From contig CAVZRV010000011.1 of the NCBI GenBank assembly GCA_963777605.1, forward strand, positions 15,269 to 79,268: DNA of 64,000 nucleotides, in the 5' to 3' direction. A program made the position numbers and the translations under genes. A model generated the notes under the pieces. That model was not told where the DNA came from. It saw only the letters and a list, made by a program, of their open reading frames with translations, and ran no database searches. Position 1 is the stretch's first letter. Every line of letters begins with the position of its first letter. Below are positions 49,101 to 58,617 of the stretch, one piece after another. Source of the stretch: an uncultured Acidobacteriota bacterium (GTDB taxonomy: Bacteria > Acidobacteriota > UBA6911 > RPQK01 > JAPXNP01).

Positions 49101-50508
49101 CGAAGTGCTTCCGTCGCGATACAGCTTCAAGTGTACCGTCACCGATTCCGTCGTCGGATTGGCAATCGACAACCAGGTCTCGGCCGCCTGTCCCCGGTAG
49201 GCGGTGCTGCCCTGGAATACCCGGGTGAAATAGAGTTTCGGATAAACCTGGCTGAACGGAACCGATCCATCCATCTGGTTGGCCGCCCCAAACTGGAAGA
49301 AGCTGCCCACCTCGGGATTGTCGGTCCCCATCTCGATCCAGAGCGACTGCTGGCTTCCGGCCGGTTGTCCGAACAGTTCATTGCAAAGCTTGCCGAGTTG
49401 ATGCTGTGGCTCCAGGGAGTATTGCGAGGTCGAGTAAGCCTGCGCGCCGGACGACGTGAACGGCGTGAACTGAAGGCGGGCCAAGTTCGATGAATAGTTC
49501 GATACCGCAAAGCCGGTAAAGTTCGCTGCATCGGACTGGCAGAATGGAAAGTAGAAGACGCTCCCGGTCCCGAAGGGCTGGACCGACCCGTTGGAGACGG
49601 TGACGTCCACTTCGGATTGCGCTGTCTGGTCGGCGGTGTCGAAAGCCCTGGCCTGAATCGTGTGGGATCCGTTGGCAACGGTCGTCGTGTCCCACGCATA
49701 CGTGTAGGGGGAAGAAGTGTCCGTCCTTTGCTTCACTCCATCGACGGAGAACTCTACTTTCGCCACGCCGTCGTCGTCCGAGGCCGAGGCCTGCACCGTC
49801 ACGGTTCCGCTGACCGACGCGCCATCGGAGGGAGAGGTGATTACGACCGTCGGGGGATTGTCGACCGGAGCCGGCACCAGAAGATCGGCGCACACGTTGT
49901 CGAACCCCACCTGGGCACCCTCTCCCTGCGCAATCAGCCAGAGCGTATCCAACAGGTAGGGAGCGATCGAGAAGTCGCCTGTGAGCTTCAACGAAGTGTT
50001 TTGATTGTTGATCCGAAGGGTGATCTCCGATTCGTCATAGGCGACACCGATCGAAGTCGGAGTACCGGAAACCTGGTAGGGAGAACTCAAGAACCAATCG
50101 CCGATTTCCCAGTCATAGCCGAACAACTGCGCACGGCCATCGGGGAAGTAGATGACGCCGATTCCGTCCGTGGTGCGATCACCGACGCCAATGTAGGCAT
50201 CACCGCTCGTGAAGGGAATGATCCCGACGGCAGCACCCGCAGGGAAAGCGTCCAACTGAATGTCCACGTCTATCGTAAAGAAGTCACTGGGCCAAAAGTC
50301 GGTCTGGTAGAAGGCCAGGTCTCCCGCTGCGATCTGATTCAGACGCAGGAGTTCTCCCTGTACGTACCAGTTGCCTGAAGTCCCGTCCCAGGTGTTCGCG
50401 GAAAGGCCCGAGAAATCTTCAGCGAACTGGCTGCAGGTCCCGGAAGAAGTCCCCAAACGCGGAAGGCAAGGAAAGCAGCACAACAAGAAGCGTGAGCAGG
50501 CATCGCAT
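46143..50508 (-). CDS. Giant (~1450 aa) secreted multidomain protein with an HExxH zinc-protease-like motif. There is a frame break just after the signal peptide.
   Basis: GGAGG plus ATG 50508 gives MRCLLTLLVVLLSLPSAFG, and the main frame then continues SSGTCSQFAEDFSGLSANTWDGTSGNWYVQGE (LamG/DUF1080-like). It has an Ig-like domain (PPTVVITSPSDGASVSGTVTVQASASDDDGVAKVEFSVDG) and several ~110-130 aa beta-sandwich repeats. The HExxH motif is YLMAHELFHAVQQSYG. Confidence 0.75.
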
Positions 50509-50887
50509 AGCGTCCTCCAGGTCTAACAACCACCCACTCTCCAGATGACGGTGATGTGAATTGCCACCCGGCGAAAGGTGCCGCCCGTGTCCCCGAACCG
50601 CCTTGAGCCTTCCTCAGCGCTCAAATCGGCTCCCTCTGCAAATCTCCTCACCGCCAGTTTCCAGCAAATGAGCCGAAAATCCAAGCACCAATTGAATTTA
50701 TCGTTCGGCTCCACGGCGAGCATCAGTAGGGTGCTGCAATTTCCTGATGGATAATTCCGGATCCGCGTCGTGATCCATTTCTGAAACGAGCAGTTCGGTT
50801 TCACGAACTGATATCGCATCAATCTGCACGAAACCGAAGATCAGATTCCGCCCCAGGATATCGGCCTGAGACTCTCCCCCGCCAAAC

Positions 50888-51610
50888 TCACTGAGGCAGG
50901 AATGCCCCGATCAGTATCAGAATGAGAAACAGCCCGCCGATCAGTAGTGTCGCAACATTGGCTGAGCTGTAGGTATCATTCCGTCCTGTTGCACCCCGCT
51001 CAAAGTGAAGCTCGTTGAGGCGCTGTGCAGTCTGCTGGACCGGAATCATCGGGATGAACATGGCGAAACTGACTAGCCACCACGGGTCGGGGAGTAACGC
51101 GGTCAGCTGCAGAATGAGAAAAGACGCACCGAGAACGCTGGAATTCCAGGCGACCGGCACCCCAGCTGACATGGCGTCTGCGCGGATCTTCTTGAACAGG
51201 GAGAAGCCCCAAATCGGGGCGAAGAAGGTTCTCCAGAACGGGCTGATCTTCTCGCTGGAAGAGTTCTTGATCCAATTCCAGTTTTGGTAGCACCAATAGA
51301 GTTCATAGATTCCGAAGGTGCAAATCGAAAGGATGATGAACTTGGGAGTCGCCACCGGGAACAGCGGAGTTGCCATCGCTTCGGGCACGACCGGCCAATC
51401 AGCCTCCGGGCGTTGACTTGCGTTGACCCTTGCCGCCGAGCCAGCCAGGAGTGGATGGGCGGTCGGGGACGTCACCCCACCCAGAACGCACCCGCATCGG
51501 ACGCAGGCTGGACTCTCGTCAGAGACACTCTGTCCACACTCCGAACAAATTACGATGGCCACGCAGTTTCGTCCTCTATGAGCCTGGTTGGTCGCACGTT
51601 CGTGCGCCAC
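50888..51610 (-). CDS. Zinc-ribbon plus DUF4234-like membrane protein
   Basis: It has CSECGQSVSDESPACVRCGC at the N-terminus, followed by FIILSICTFGIYELYWCYQNWNWI and further TM segments. Confidence 0.65.
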   Translation of the reverse strand: MAHERATNQAHRGRNCVAIVICSECGQSVSDESPACVRCGCVLGGVTSPTAHPLLAGSAARVNASQRPEADWPVVPEAMATPLFPVATPKFIILSICTFGIYELYWCYQNWNWIKNSSSEKISPFWRTFFAPIWGFSLFKKIRADAMSAGVPVAWNSSVLGASFLILQLTALLPDPWWLVSFAMFIPMIPVQQTAQRLNELHFERGATGRNDTYSSANVATLLIGGLFLILILIGAFLPQ

Positions 51611-51855
51611 AACATGAGTGTCCGGATCAGCATATTCCCCCGAGCCGCCCGCACAGCACGCGGCTCAACATCAGCAGCGCCAACCAGCTCTGCAGAATTG
51701 ACGAGATCTCCATCCGACTATTGCCTGAACCGGCGGACGGGTCGGCGAATTCCCGTGGCGTTGCGCGAAGCTGGAAGCGCAGATCATCAAGGCCCCGCAC
51801 CAGACAAGATGGGCCGAACCCCACCCCGCATAACACCGAACATCCCCAAAATAGG

Positions 51856-51889
51856 GTAGACAGAGCGTTCCGCTGAAGGCTCTGTCTAC
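51856..51889. repeat. Perfect 11-bp inverted repeat with a 12-nt loop
   Basis: GTAGACAGAGC (51856-51866) pairs with GCTCTGTCTAC (51879-51889). On the minus strand it is followed by CCTATTTTGGGG. Confidence 0.9.
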
Positions 51890-52075
51890 CATTGGCTGCT
51901 CAGAGATCCTCTCTCGAGTAACCGAATCGGGACTGTATCAAAAATCGGCATTGGACTCTCGATTTGGTTTAGCCCACCCTAATTGGTGACAGGCCGACAC
52001 AAATTATTAATGTCTGTCGCAGGTTATGATCGGATTTAGGGCGTGTCACCAAATTCATTAAGCCGGTCTTTGAAG

Positions 52076-52552
52076 ATGAACAAGAAAAGACTGATTGGGG
52101 AGGGCTATAGACTGTTCTCAGCATTTGCCCGCCCCGCACGTTTCCATGAACATTTCGCGAGTGATCCGGAAGCTGCAGATCACGAAAGCCTCTTGCAAGC
52201 CCGAAATCGACAGACGCTTGCATTGGATGACGTAGCAGGCATCGGTTATAACCCAATATCCGGCATCAGCCCCGAAGGCATGGCGTACTTCATGCCTCGC
52301 CTCGTGGAACTCGCGCTGGATCTAGAGTCGATTTCGCGATCTGAACAAGAGCCTTACCTGTGGTGTTTCGTCCTTCAAATATCGCCAGAGAAAGCTCCAA
52401 AACAGTTCGCCCTGTTCGAAGACCAGCATTGCCGTTTCCTGTGCAAGATCCTGCAGGCAATCTGGGAGGAACATGAGGAACTGATCAGGGAGGGTTGCTT
52501 TGAGGTTGAGTTTCAAAACACCCTTGAATTCTGGTGTAAGAAAAGTTGCTAG
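52076..52552 (+). CDS. Hypothetical 158-aa cytoplasmic protein in a visibly AT-richer patch
   Basis: From ATG 52076 it reads MNKKRLIGEGYRLFSAF...GMAYFMPRLVELAL...EEHEELIREGCFEVEFQNTLEFWCKKSC. I recognise no family. It is preceded by the inverted repeat AATTGGTGACA ... TGTCACCAAATT. Confidence 0.5.
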   Translation: MNKKRLIGEGYRLFSAFARPARFHEHFASDPEAADHESLLQARNRQTLALDDVAGIGYNPISGISPEGMAYFMPRLVELALDLESISRSEQEPYLWCFVLQISPEKAPKQFALFEDQHCRFLCKILQAIWEEHEELIREGCFEVEFQNTLEFWCKKSC

Positions 52553-52627
52553 CCCACAGAGAGCCTCTTTGGAGAAGCCGGGGCAGAGGTGTACCGGGGA
52601 TCGGCATGCGCCTCCGGATTCGCCCTT

Positions 52628-53443
52628 CTAGAAGCGAAAAGTGAAGCGTGAGCTTGCCTCGTGGACGACCTGCCCGAAGTCCCGGATCCGGCGGTCTTCT
52701 TCATTGGACAAGGGACCCTTTTCCCGAAGGGCCTGGAGGTTTTCTTCCAACTCACGGCGGTTTCTGGGACCTGTGAGAACCACGTCCACATGCGGATTGG
52801 AAAGGCAGAAGCGATAGCAGTCGCCCGCGGTCATGACGGGACCGCTCCAGCCTTTCGGACGTTTGAGCAAACCGCGCCATCGGGTGGCCGTGTAGGCAAC
52901 GACAGCGGGGCGGCCCTTTTCGAGGTACGGGAAAATGTCGCGTTCGGCACCCGGGTGAGCCGCGTTGTAGCGAATCATGAGCACGTCGAGGGGCGAGTCC
53001 TGGGCCAGCGCGCCCGCTCGCGCCCGGTCGTGGAGGCTCACGCCGATGGAACGGACCAGGCCAGACTCGCGAAGGGCCACCAGGGCATCGATCGTGGAAG
53101 AGGTCCAGGCACTCGCCCGGCCGAGCCAGAAGAGCTGGAAAACGTCCAGGTAGTCTGTTCCGAGTTTCTTCAGCAGTCGTTCGCAGCCGCGCCTGATGCC
53201 GCCGCCGAAGAACCCCAGGGTCGGCCCCGATGCGAGGACAATGGACTCCCGGTCACGCTTCAATGCCGCCTTGAGCGAGTTCGTGATCCCGCGGGCGTTG
53301 GGAGGCCAGAAAACGTAGTTGATCCCCTGCTCCAGCGCCCACTCCAGGTCCTCTCCGCCAATGCCGAAGTTGGTCGCCAAACCCAGGCGGAATACCTTGC
53401 GCCCGAAGACCGGAACCTCCCGAAAGAGAACGTCGTCGTCCAT
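52628..53443 (-). CDS. Aldo/keto reductase family oxidoreductase
   Basis: From ATG 53443 it reads GINYVFWPPNARG, LGTDYLDVFQLFWL, VRSIGVSLHD and NPHVDVVLTGPRNRRELEENL. Confidence 0.85.
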   Translation of the reverse strand: MDDDVLFREVPVFGRKVFRLGLATNFGIGGEDLEWALEQGINYVFWPPNARGITNSLKAALKRDRESIVLASGPTLGFFGGGIRRGCERLLKKLGTDYLDVFQLFWLGRASAWTSSTIDALVALRESGLVRSIGVSLHDRARAGALAQDSPLDVLMIRYNAAHPGAERDIFPYLEKGRPAVVAYTATRWRGLLKRPKGWSGPVMTAGDCYRFCLSNPHVDVVLTGPRNRRELEENLQALREKGPLSNEEDRRIRDFGQVVHEASSRFTFRF

Positions 53444-53702
53444 AAACTCTCGTCCTTTCCGTAAGCGGTATTCCCCGGCGAAACAAACAGACGAACGCCG
53501 CTTCCAAAATACCTGAATGGTGCCGGCCGGCCCAAACAAAAAGCGCGAACCTGTTCAGTTCAGTCGGAGCTATTGCCAAGATTCGGGTGACGCGAAGGAA
53601 CCGAGTACTGTTGCTTCGCTGCGGGCTCCGGCCTAGCATAAAGAACAGAACATGAGAACGCGGTCTGAGTTTCAACCTGTTTTGTCTCGGAAAGGTACTG
53701 CC

Positions 53703-54536
53703 ATGAAGCCGAACTTCCTTCTGCTTGCGGTCGTGTTTGCCCTGATCCCCGGGTTATTTGCACAGACGGCGGGTTCGCCCGGCGGCAAGGGACCGTGGAA
53801 GCTGGTCTGGAGTGACGAGTTCAACGGCCCGGCGATCGACCGGTCGGTCTGGGGCTATGAGATCGGCTTCGTCCGGAACAAGGAACCCCAGTACTACACC
53901 GATCGTCCCGAGAACTCCTACATTGAGAACGGGAACCTCGTGATCGAAACCCGCATGGAGAACTACCAGGGTGCACCCTATACCTCAGCGAGCCTGAACA
54001 CGCACGGGAAGAAAGCGTTCCTGTATGGCCGAATCGAGATGCGTGCGAAGCTTCCGGAGGGGAACGGGATCTGGCCGGCTTTCTGGACTCTCGGTGAGAA
54101 GGAGGGCTGGCCCCGCGGCGGCGAGATTGACATTATGGAGCTGTGGGGCGGGCAGATCGATGAGATCTGGGGCAGAAAAGGGGATAACGGCCTGGGGGAC
54201 GGGGTCACCACCGGCTGCTCTCATTTTGCCGACGACAACGGGAAACATGTATCCGGTGGCCAGGGGAAGTACCGGCTACCCAACGGAGCAAAATGTTCCG
54301 ACGCCTACCATATCTATGCCATCGAATGGGATCCGGACGGGATCAAATGGTTCTTCGACGACGTCAACTTCATGAACTTCAAGATCGACACGGCTGCGAA
54401 GCGGCATTCCTTTCAGCAACCGCATTACATCCTGGTCAATACCGCCATCTCCGCTACGGCCAAGCCGGGACCGACGGAGGACACACTCCCGCAGAAGTAC
54501 TTCATCGACTACGTCCGCGTATACCAGAAGCAGTAG
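53703..54536 (+). CDS. GH16 beta-glucanase (laminarinase-like)
   Basis: It has the signal peptide MKPNFLLLAVVFALIPGLFA and the motifs WSDEFNG, WPAFWTLG and GGEIDIMELWGG (ExDxxE catalytic motif). Confidence 0.85.
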   Translation: MKPNFLLLAVVFALIPGLFAQTAGSPGGKGPWKLVWSDEFNGPAIDRSVWGYEIGFVRNKEPQYYTDRPENSYIENGNLVIETRMENYQGAPYTSASLNTHGKKAFLYGRIEMRAKLPEGNGIWPAFWTLGEKEGWPRGGEIDIMELWGGQIDEIWGRKGDNGLGDGVTTGCSHFADDNGKHVSGGQGKYRLPNGAKCSDAYHIYAIEWDPDGIKWFFDDVNFMNFKIDTAAKRHSFQQPHYILVNTAISATAKPGPTEDTLPQKYFIDYVRVYQKQ

Positions 54537-54749
54537 GATTGAATTTCCCGAACTTGTTTCAGTCCTGGTCAATCGGCGCGAAATCGGTGGCAGATCCATA
54601 GAGCTTCCTGAAGCCTGGAAACAGCTTGCATTATACCTGGGCGTCACGGTGCGGCCTGTCGCACCCGTCCCTGTAAGACATTAAGATTGGTACCAGACCC
54701 GGATCTTTGTCCTTTACTTAAGGGACCTTACTGCGCCGAACCGGGGCTT

Positions 54750-56060
54750 TCAGCGGTCTATTTTCGACCAGACCTTGTTCTCCATATCCTTCATCCGGAT
54801 CTCCACCGGCGGCAGGTCGGGGAGGTTGCTCTCCGGGCGATCGAGGTAAAACCAGGCCGTCGCCGAGACGTCGTCGCTCCGGTAGAAGTAGGCTCCGTCC
54901 TTGTCGTCAATCGACGGCGGTTCGGGCATGTCGAGGACTCGAAGGTACTCAGGCCTGGGACCTTTCAGTCGAAGGATGTCTCCGCCCTTCGCATCGAGGA
55001 GCGCAACCAGCTTCAGTTCGGCTCCCCGCTTCTGCATCTCCCGAAACTTCTTGACCGAGGAGTTCCCCATCTGCTGAATCGTGACCCGGCACTCCCGGTG
55101 GAAGTAGACCGGGTCAACCACGTGATAGCGGTAGAAAGCGTAAAGGTCATTTTCGCTGTCCGAGACCAGTGATCCGGAATAGCGGTTTGCGTAGCGACCC
55201 TGGCCGAATCCGGACCCGATGTAGTCTTCGGTTCCGGTCCCCACCAGCGTCGGCCGCTCCCGGTCACCATCCAGGTAGGCCTTAACCTCGCCTTCTCCGA
55301 ACCAGGTGCCGCGATATGCCTCGTCACCAATCACCCCAATCCCTGCCCCCAGGTAACGGCCTTTCCCTTCCACCCGGGGAAGGATTTCGTAGGCTTCGCC
55401 GAGCTTCGTCTTGAGCTGCCGGTTCCAGTAGGTGTGGAAGTAGAGTGCATTCTCGAACGGCTTGTCGAGCGTCAGAAGGTCGATGTCGTACCAGAAGAGA
55501 ACGTAGTACGGAGACTCGTTTGTGACCACAACCCTCGCGCCGGTCCGGAAGGGCATCGGAATCGTCATGTTGAAGGAACGTCCCTCAGGACTTGAGAAGA
55601 GCTCGCTGTCGAAGGGGGTCAGCATGCCGAGGCCGGCCCCGAATAAGTCGCCGATGGGAGCCGAAACGGCCGGCTTCGAAGCCCCGTCCCAATACATGTC
55701 GATCCGTACCATGCGCCGCTGTTCAGAACTGCGGGCGATGGTACCGCTCATCCACATCCGGTTGATGACTCCGGCGCCCTCGTAGTCGAGCAGGAGCTGT
55801 TGGGCACCAGGTGCGATCGTGTAAAAGGCGTTTCCTTTGGCTCCCTGGTTGGTCTTCCCGCCCTCGCCCGGGTCCCCGTTGGGATTCTCGGGACTGGCCC
55901 AACGGGTATGCGTTCCGTCGGGTGGAACTGTGAAGAGCATTCCGGGCTGCCCAGGTTGGAGCGCCGCGGAATCAGACCCGTCAGTTTTCCCGGGTTGGCC
56001 AGAACAGCCGGAAACCAGCAGCACTCCCAATATGACCACAATTCGCTGGGCTGAATTCAT
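54750..56060 (-). CDS. DUF2961 / GH172 family glycoside hydrolase, lipoprotein
   Basis: ATG 56060 gives MNSAQRIVVILGVLLVSGCS. Family motifs are RMWMSGT, VRIDMYWDG, PIGDLFG, YFHTYWNR, GTGTEDYIGSGFG and YRYHVVDPVYF. Confidence 0.8.
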   Translation of the reverse strand: MNSAQRIVVILGVLLVSGCSGQPGKTDGSDSAALQPGQPGMLFTVPPDGTHTRWASPENPNGDPGEGGKTNQGAKGNAFYTIAPGAQQLLLDYEGAGVINRMWMSGTIARSSEQRRMVRIDMYWDGASKPAVSAPIGDLFGAGLGMLTPFDSELFSSPEGRSFNMTIPMPFRTGARVVVTNESPYYVLFWYDIDLLTLDKPFENALYFHTYWNRQLKTKLGEAYEILPRVEGKGRYLGAGIGVIGDEAYRGTWFGEGEVKAYLDGDRERPTLVGTGTEDYIGSGFGQGRYANRYSGSLVSDSENDLYAFYRYHVVDPVYFHRECRVTIQQMGNSSVKKFREMQKRGAELKLVALLDAKGGDILRLKGPRPEYLRVLDMPEPPSIDDKDGAYFYRSDDVSATAWFYLDRPESNLPDLPPVEIRMKDMENKVWSKIDR

Positions 56061-56070
56061 GGGAGCCAGC

Positions 56071-57342
56071 CTACACCGAAGCCGCGGCCTTGTCACCGGC
56101 GACCGAGGCGGCCAGCCCGCGGGCGGCGACTCTGCCGCTCGCCCACGCCCACTGAAAGTTGAAGCCGCCAAGGCGGCCATCCACGTCGAGGATCTCGCCG
56201 ACGAGAAAGAGGCCGGGGCAGAGGCGTGACTGCATGGAACGGGGATCAACTTCCCCCAGTGCCACCCCACCGGCCGTCACCTCGGCAAACCGGTAGCCGC
56301 GGCTGTCGACGACGGGTAGGTGCAACGCGGTTGATAGTCGGGCCAGGCGGCGACGTTCGTCCCGGGTCAACTGCCCGACCGGCCTCGACGCATCCACCCG
56401 GGCCAGCCTGCTGACCGACGCAGCGACGGCCGCCGGCATGTGAAGCGCCAGGGCATTCGCGGTTCCGAGACGGGGGCGGTCTTGGCCCACTTCCAACAGT
56501 CGCCGGTCTACCCTGGGAAAATCGAGCCCCGGAAATAGGTTGGCCACGAGGAGCGGTTCCAGCCGTTCCAGCCGGGCGCGCAGCCAGTGCCTCGAGATGT
56601 CGAGTACGGCGGGGCCGCTGGCCCCGAAGTGGGTCCACAACATCGAACCGGCCACGCGGATCGGTTTGCGGTCCGGCACCGAAAGCGTCAATTCGACCGG
56701 CTGGCTGACTCCCTGCAACTCCGTGTGGGGTCCGTCGCCCAGCACCAGCGGGACAAGGGCGGGAGTCGTGGGAACGATCGTGTGGCCGAGGCCCTGGGCC
56801 AGTTCGTATCCGGCGCCGTCACTGCCGCTCTTGGGCAGCGACCGCCCCCCGGTGGCCAGCACAACCCGCCTGCTCCGGAAAAGACCGCAGGCGGTTTGCA
56901 CCGTAAAGCCCAGTTTCTCGGCGGCAATAGCGCTGACACGATGGGACGTCAAGAGGCGCACTCCGCGGGCCCGGCATTCGCCGAGCAGCGCGTCGAGAAC
57001 CGACCGCGCCCGGCTTGAATCCGGGAACAGCTTTCCCAGAACCTCTTCGTGCAGAGGAACGCCCAGGCCGGCGAAGAAGTTCGTCGTTGCTTCGACCGGA
57101 AACGCCCTGAGAACGCGTGCGATTGCCCCTCTCGTACCACCGTTGAAATCAGCTTCGCGGACTTCCCGGTTGGTGACATTGCAGCGGCCGCCTCCGCTGA
57201 CGAGGATCTTGGCGCCGGGCACGCGAGCCCCGTCCAGCAACACAATGCCCGCGCCGGGGAGTTCTCTGGCCGCGAAGATAGCCGTTGCCAACCCAGCTGC
57301 ACCGGCACCCACGATGACAATGTCGGTGAATTGTTCAGTCAC
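56071..57342 (-). CDS. HI0933/BaiN-like NAD(FAD)-utilising flavoprotein
   Basis: Motifs are DIVIVGAGAAGLATAIFAA, KILVSGGGRCNVTN, ATGGRSLPKSGSDG and VTAGGVALGEVDP. Confidence 0.85.
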   Translation of the reverse strand: MTEQFTDIVIVGAGAAGLATAIFAARELPGAGIVLLDGARVPGAKILVSGGGRCNVTNREVREADFNGGTRGAIARVLRAFPVEATTNFFAGLGVPLHEEVLGKLFPDSSRARSVLDALLGECRARGVRLLTSHRVSAIAAEKLGFTVQTACGLFRSRRVVLATGGRSLPKSGSDGAGYELAQGLGHTIVPTTPALVPLVLGDGPHTELQGVSQPVELTLSVPDRKPIRVAGSMLWTHFGASGPAVLDISRHWLRARLERLEPLLVANLFPGLDFPRVDRRLLEVGQDRPRLGTANALALHMPAAVAASVSRLARVDASRPVGQLTRDERRRLARLSTALHLPVVDSRGYRFAEVTAGGVALGEVDPRSMQSRLCPGLFLVGEILDVDGRLGGFNFQWAWASGRVAARGLAASVAGDKAAASV

Positions 57343-57363
57343 TCGGTGAATCGCTCAGTTCCG

Positions 57364-58578
57364 CTATTGAGGAGACACTTTGACGAGAACCAGACCGTGC
57401 GAGGGTACTTCAGCCGAGAAGCTGGACTTGAATATTCCGAGGTCCCGGTGCTGCCAGAGGTCGCGAACCGTAGCCTCCTGGTCCGGGTCCAGAATGATTT
57501 CCTGCCAGGAAACCGCGATGCGATGCGGTGTTTCTCCGCGATTGAGGAGACCGACCGCGCGGGAACCGTCGGCCAGCGGACGGGACCAGACTTCCAGGTC
57601 GCCGTCGTCGCGAATCCGGTCGCCGGCAACCCCCAACGGATCCTGATCCACCGCGATGACCTCACGATTCGTCAGAAGGTCACGAATGTCGGAAGACATG
57701 GTCCGGATGTCGTTTCCTGCCATCAAAGGCGCGGCCATCAGGCACCAGAGGCCGAAGTGGGCTCGGTATTCAGTCAGGTTCATTCCGCCGTTTCCAACCT
57801 CGAGCATGTCCGGGTCATTCCAGTGCCCTGGTCCCGCGTACGGCGCAATTCCGGCCTGCAGATCTATGATCCTGGTCCAGGAAAGGCCACCCCAATCCTT
57901 CTTGCAGTCCCAACAATCCACTATGTCCCCAGTGGTGCGCCAGAGCTGACCGACGCCCTGAGCCCAGAGCCACGGCTTCTCGACTCCCCATTCACACATA
58001 CTGAAGACGATGTCCCGGCCCGATTCCCGGAGCGCCTGGGACATCTTAGGGTACGCCGTCTTGGGATCCTGACCTTCACTGTGGCACCAGTCATACTTCA
58101 GGTAGTCAACTCCCCACGCCGCGTATTGCCGGGCATCCTGTTTTTCGTGCCCCTTCGACCCCGGGCGCCCCTGGCAGGTGGCCGTTCCGGCATCCGAGTA
58201 AATGCCGAACTTGAGACCCTTTGAATGAACGTAATCGGCAAGAGCCTTGATACCGGAGGGAAACCGGTCGGGATCGGCAATGATATTTCCCTGCTCGTCC
58301 CGTCGAACCTGCCAGCAGTCGTCGATGACGACATACTGATACCCGGCATCCTTCATGCCGCTCGACACCATCGCGTCGGCAGCTTCCTTGATTAGCTTCT
58401 CACTGACGTCGCAGCCGAACTTGTTCCAGCTGTTCCAACCCATCGGCGGGGTGAGCGAGAGAACCTCCTGCTTCGTTCCCTGGGCCGACGAGACCGTGCC
58501 CAACAGGAGAGTAAAGAGCAAAATAAGCGCAGCCCGGTATAGACGTACAATTCCCATGACACTTCCTTTCGAAAACAA
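57364..58578 (-). CDS. GH27 alpha-galactosidase
   Basis: It has a signal peptide and the motifs PPMGWNSWNKFGC, YQYVVIDDCW, KFGIYSDAGTATC and YLKYDWC. Confidence 0.85.
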   Translation of the reverse strand: MFSKGSVMGIVRLYRAALILLFTLLLGTVSSAQGTKQEVLSLTPPMGWNSWNKFGCDVSEKLIKEAADAMVSSGMKDAGYQYVVIDDCWQVRRDEQGNIIADPDRFPSGIKALADYVHSKGLKFGIYSDAGTATCQGRPGSKGHEKQDARQYAAWGVDYLKYDWCHSEGQDPKTAYPKMSQALRESGRDIVFSMCEWGVEKPWLWAQGVGQLWRTTGDIVDCWDCKKDWGGLSWTRIIDLQAGIAPYAGPGHWNDPDMLEVGNGGMNLTEYRAHFGLWCLMAAPLMAGNDIRTMSSDIRDLLTNREVIAVDQDPLGVAGDRIRDDGDLEVWSRPLADGSRAVGLLNRGETPHRIAVSWQEIILDPDQEATVRDLWQHRDLGIFKSSFSAEVPSHGLVLVKVSPQ

Positions 58579-58617
58579 CAGCGATGTTCCCAGCCGGGCG
58601 GCGCCGGATGCTGCTCA

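Noticed and set aside
46116-50378. Plus-strand ORFs 46116-46847 and 49617-50378 (and smaller ones) inside the giant gene
   Set aside because: They are antisense to a 1447-aa ORF with recognisable domains. They have no independent support.
50523-50822. 99-aa minus ORF (and a 43-codon acidic ORF in another frame) in the 380-bp region upstream of the giant gene
   Set aside because: There is no RBS, no recognisable motif and mixed composition. It is more likely promoter or leader DNA. I kept it in mind as a possible relic only.
56540-58224. Plus-strand ORFs of 269 and 391 aa
   Set aside because: They are antisense shadows of the flavoprotein and GH27 genes, and their composition is Arg/Pro/Ser-rich.
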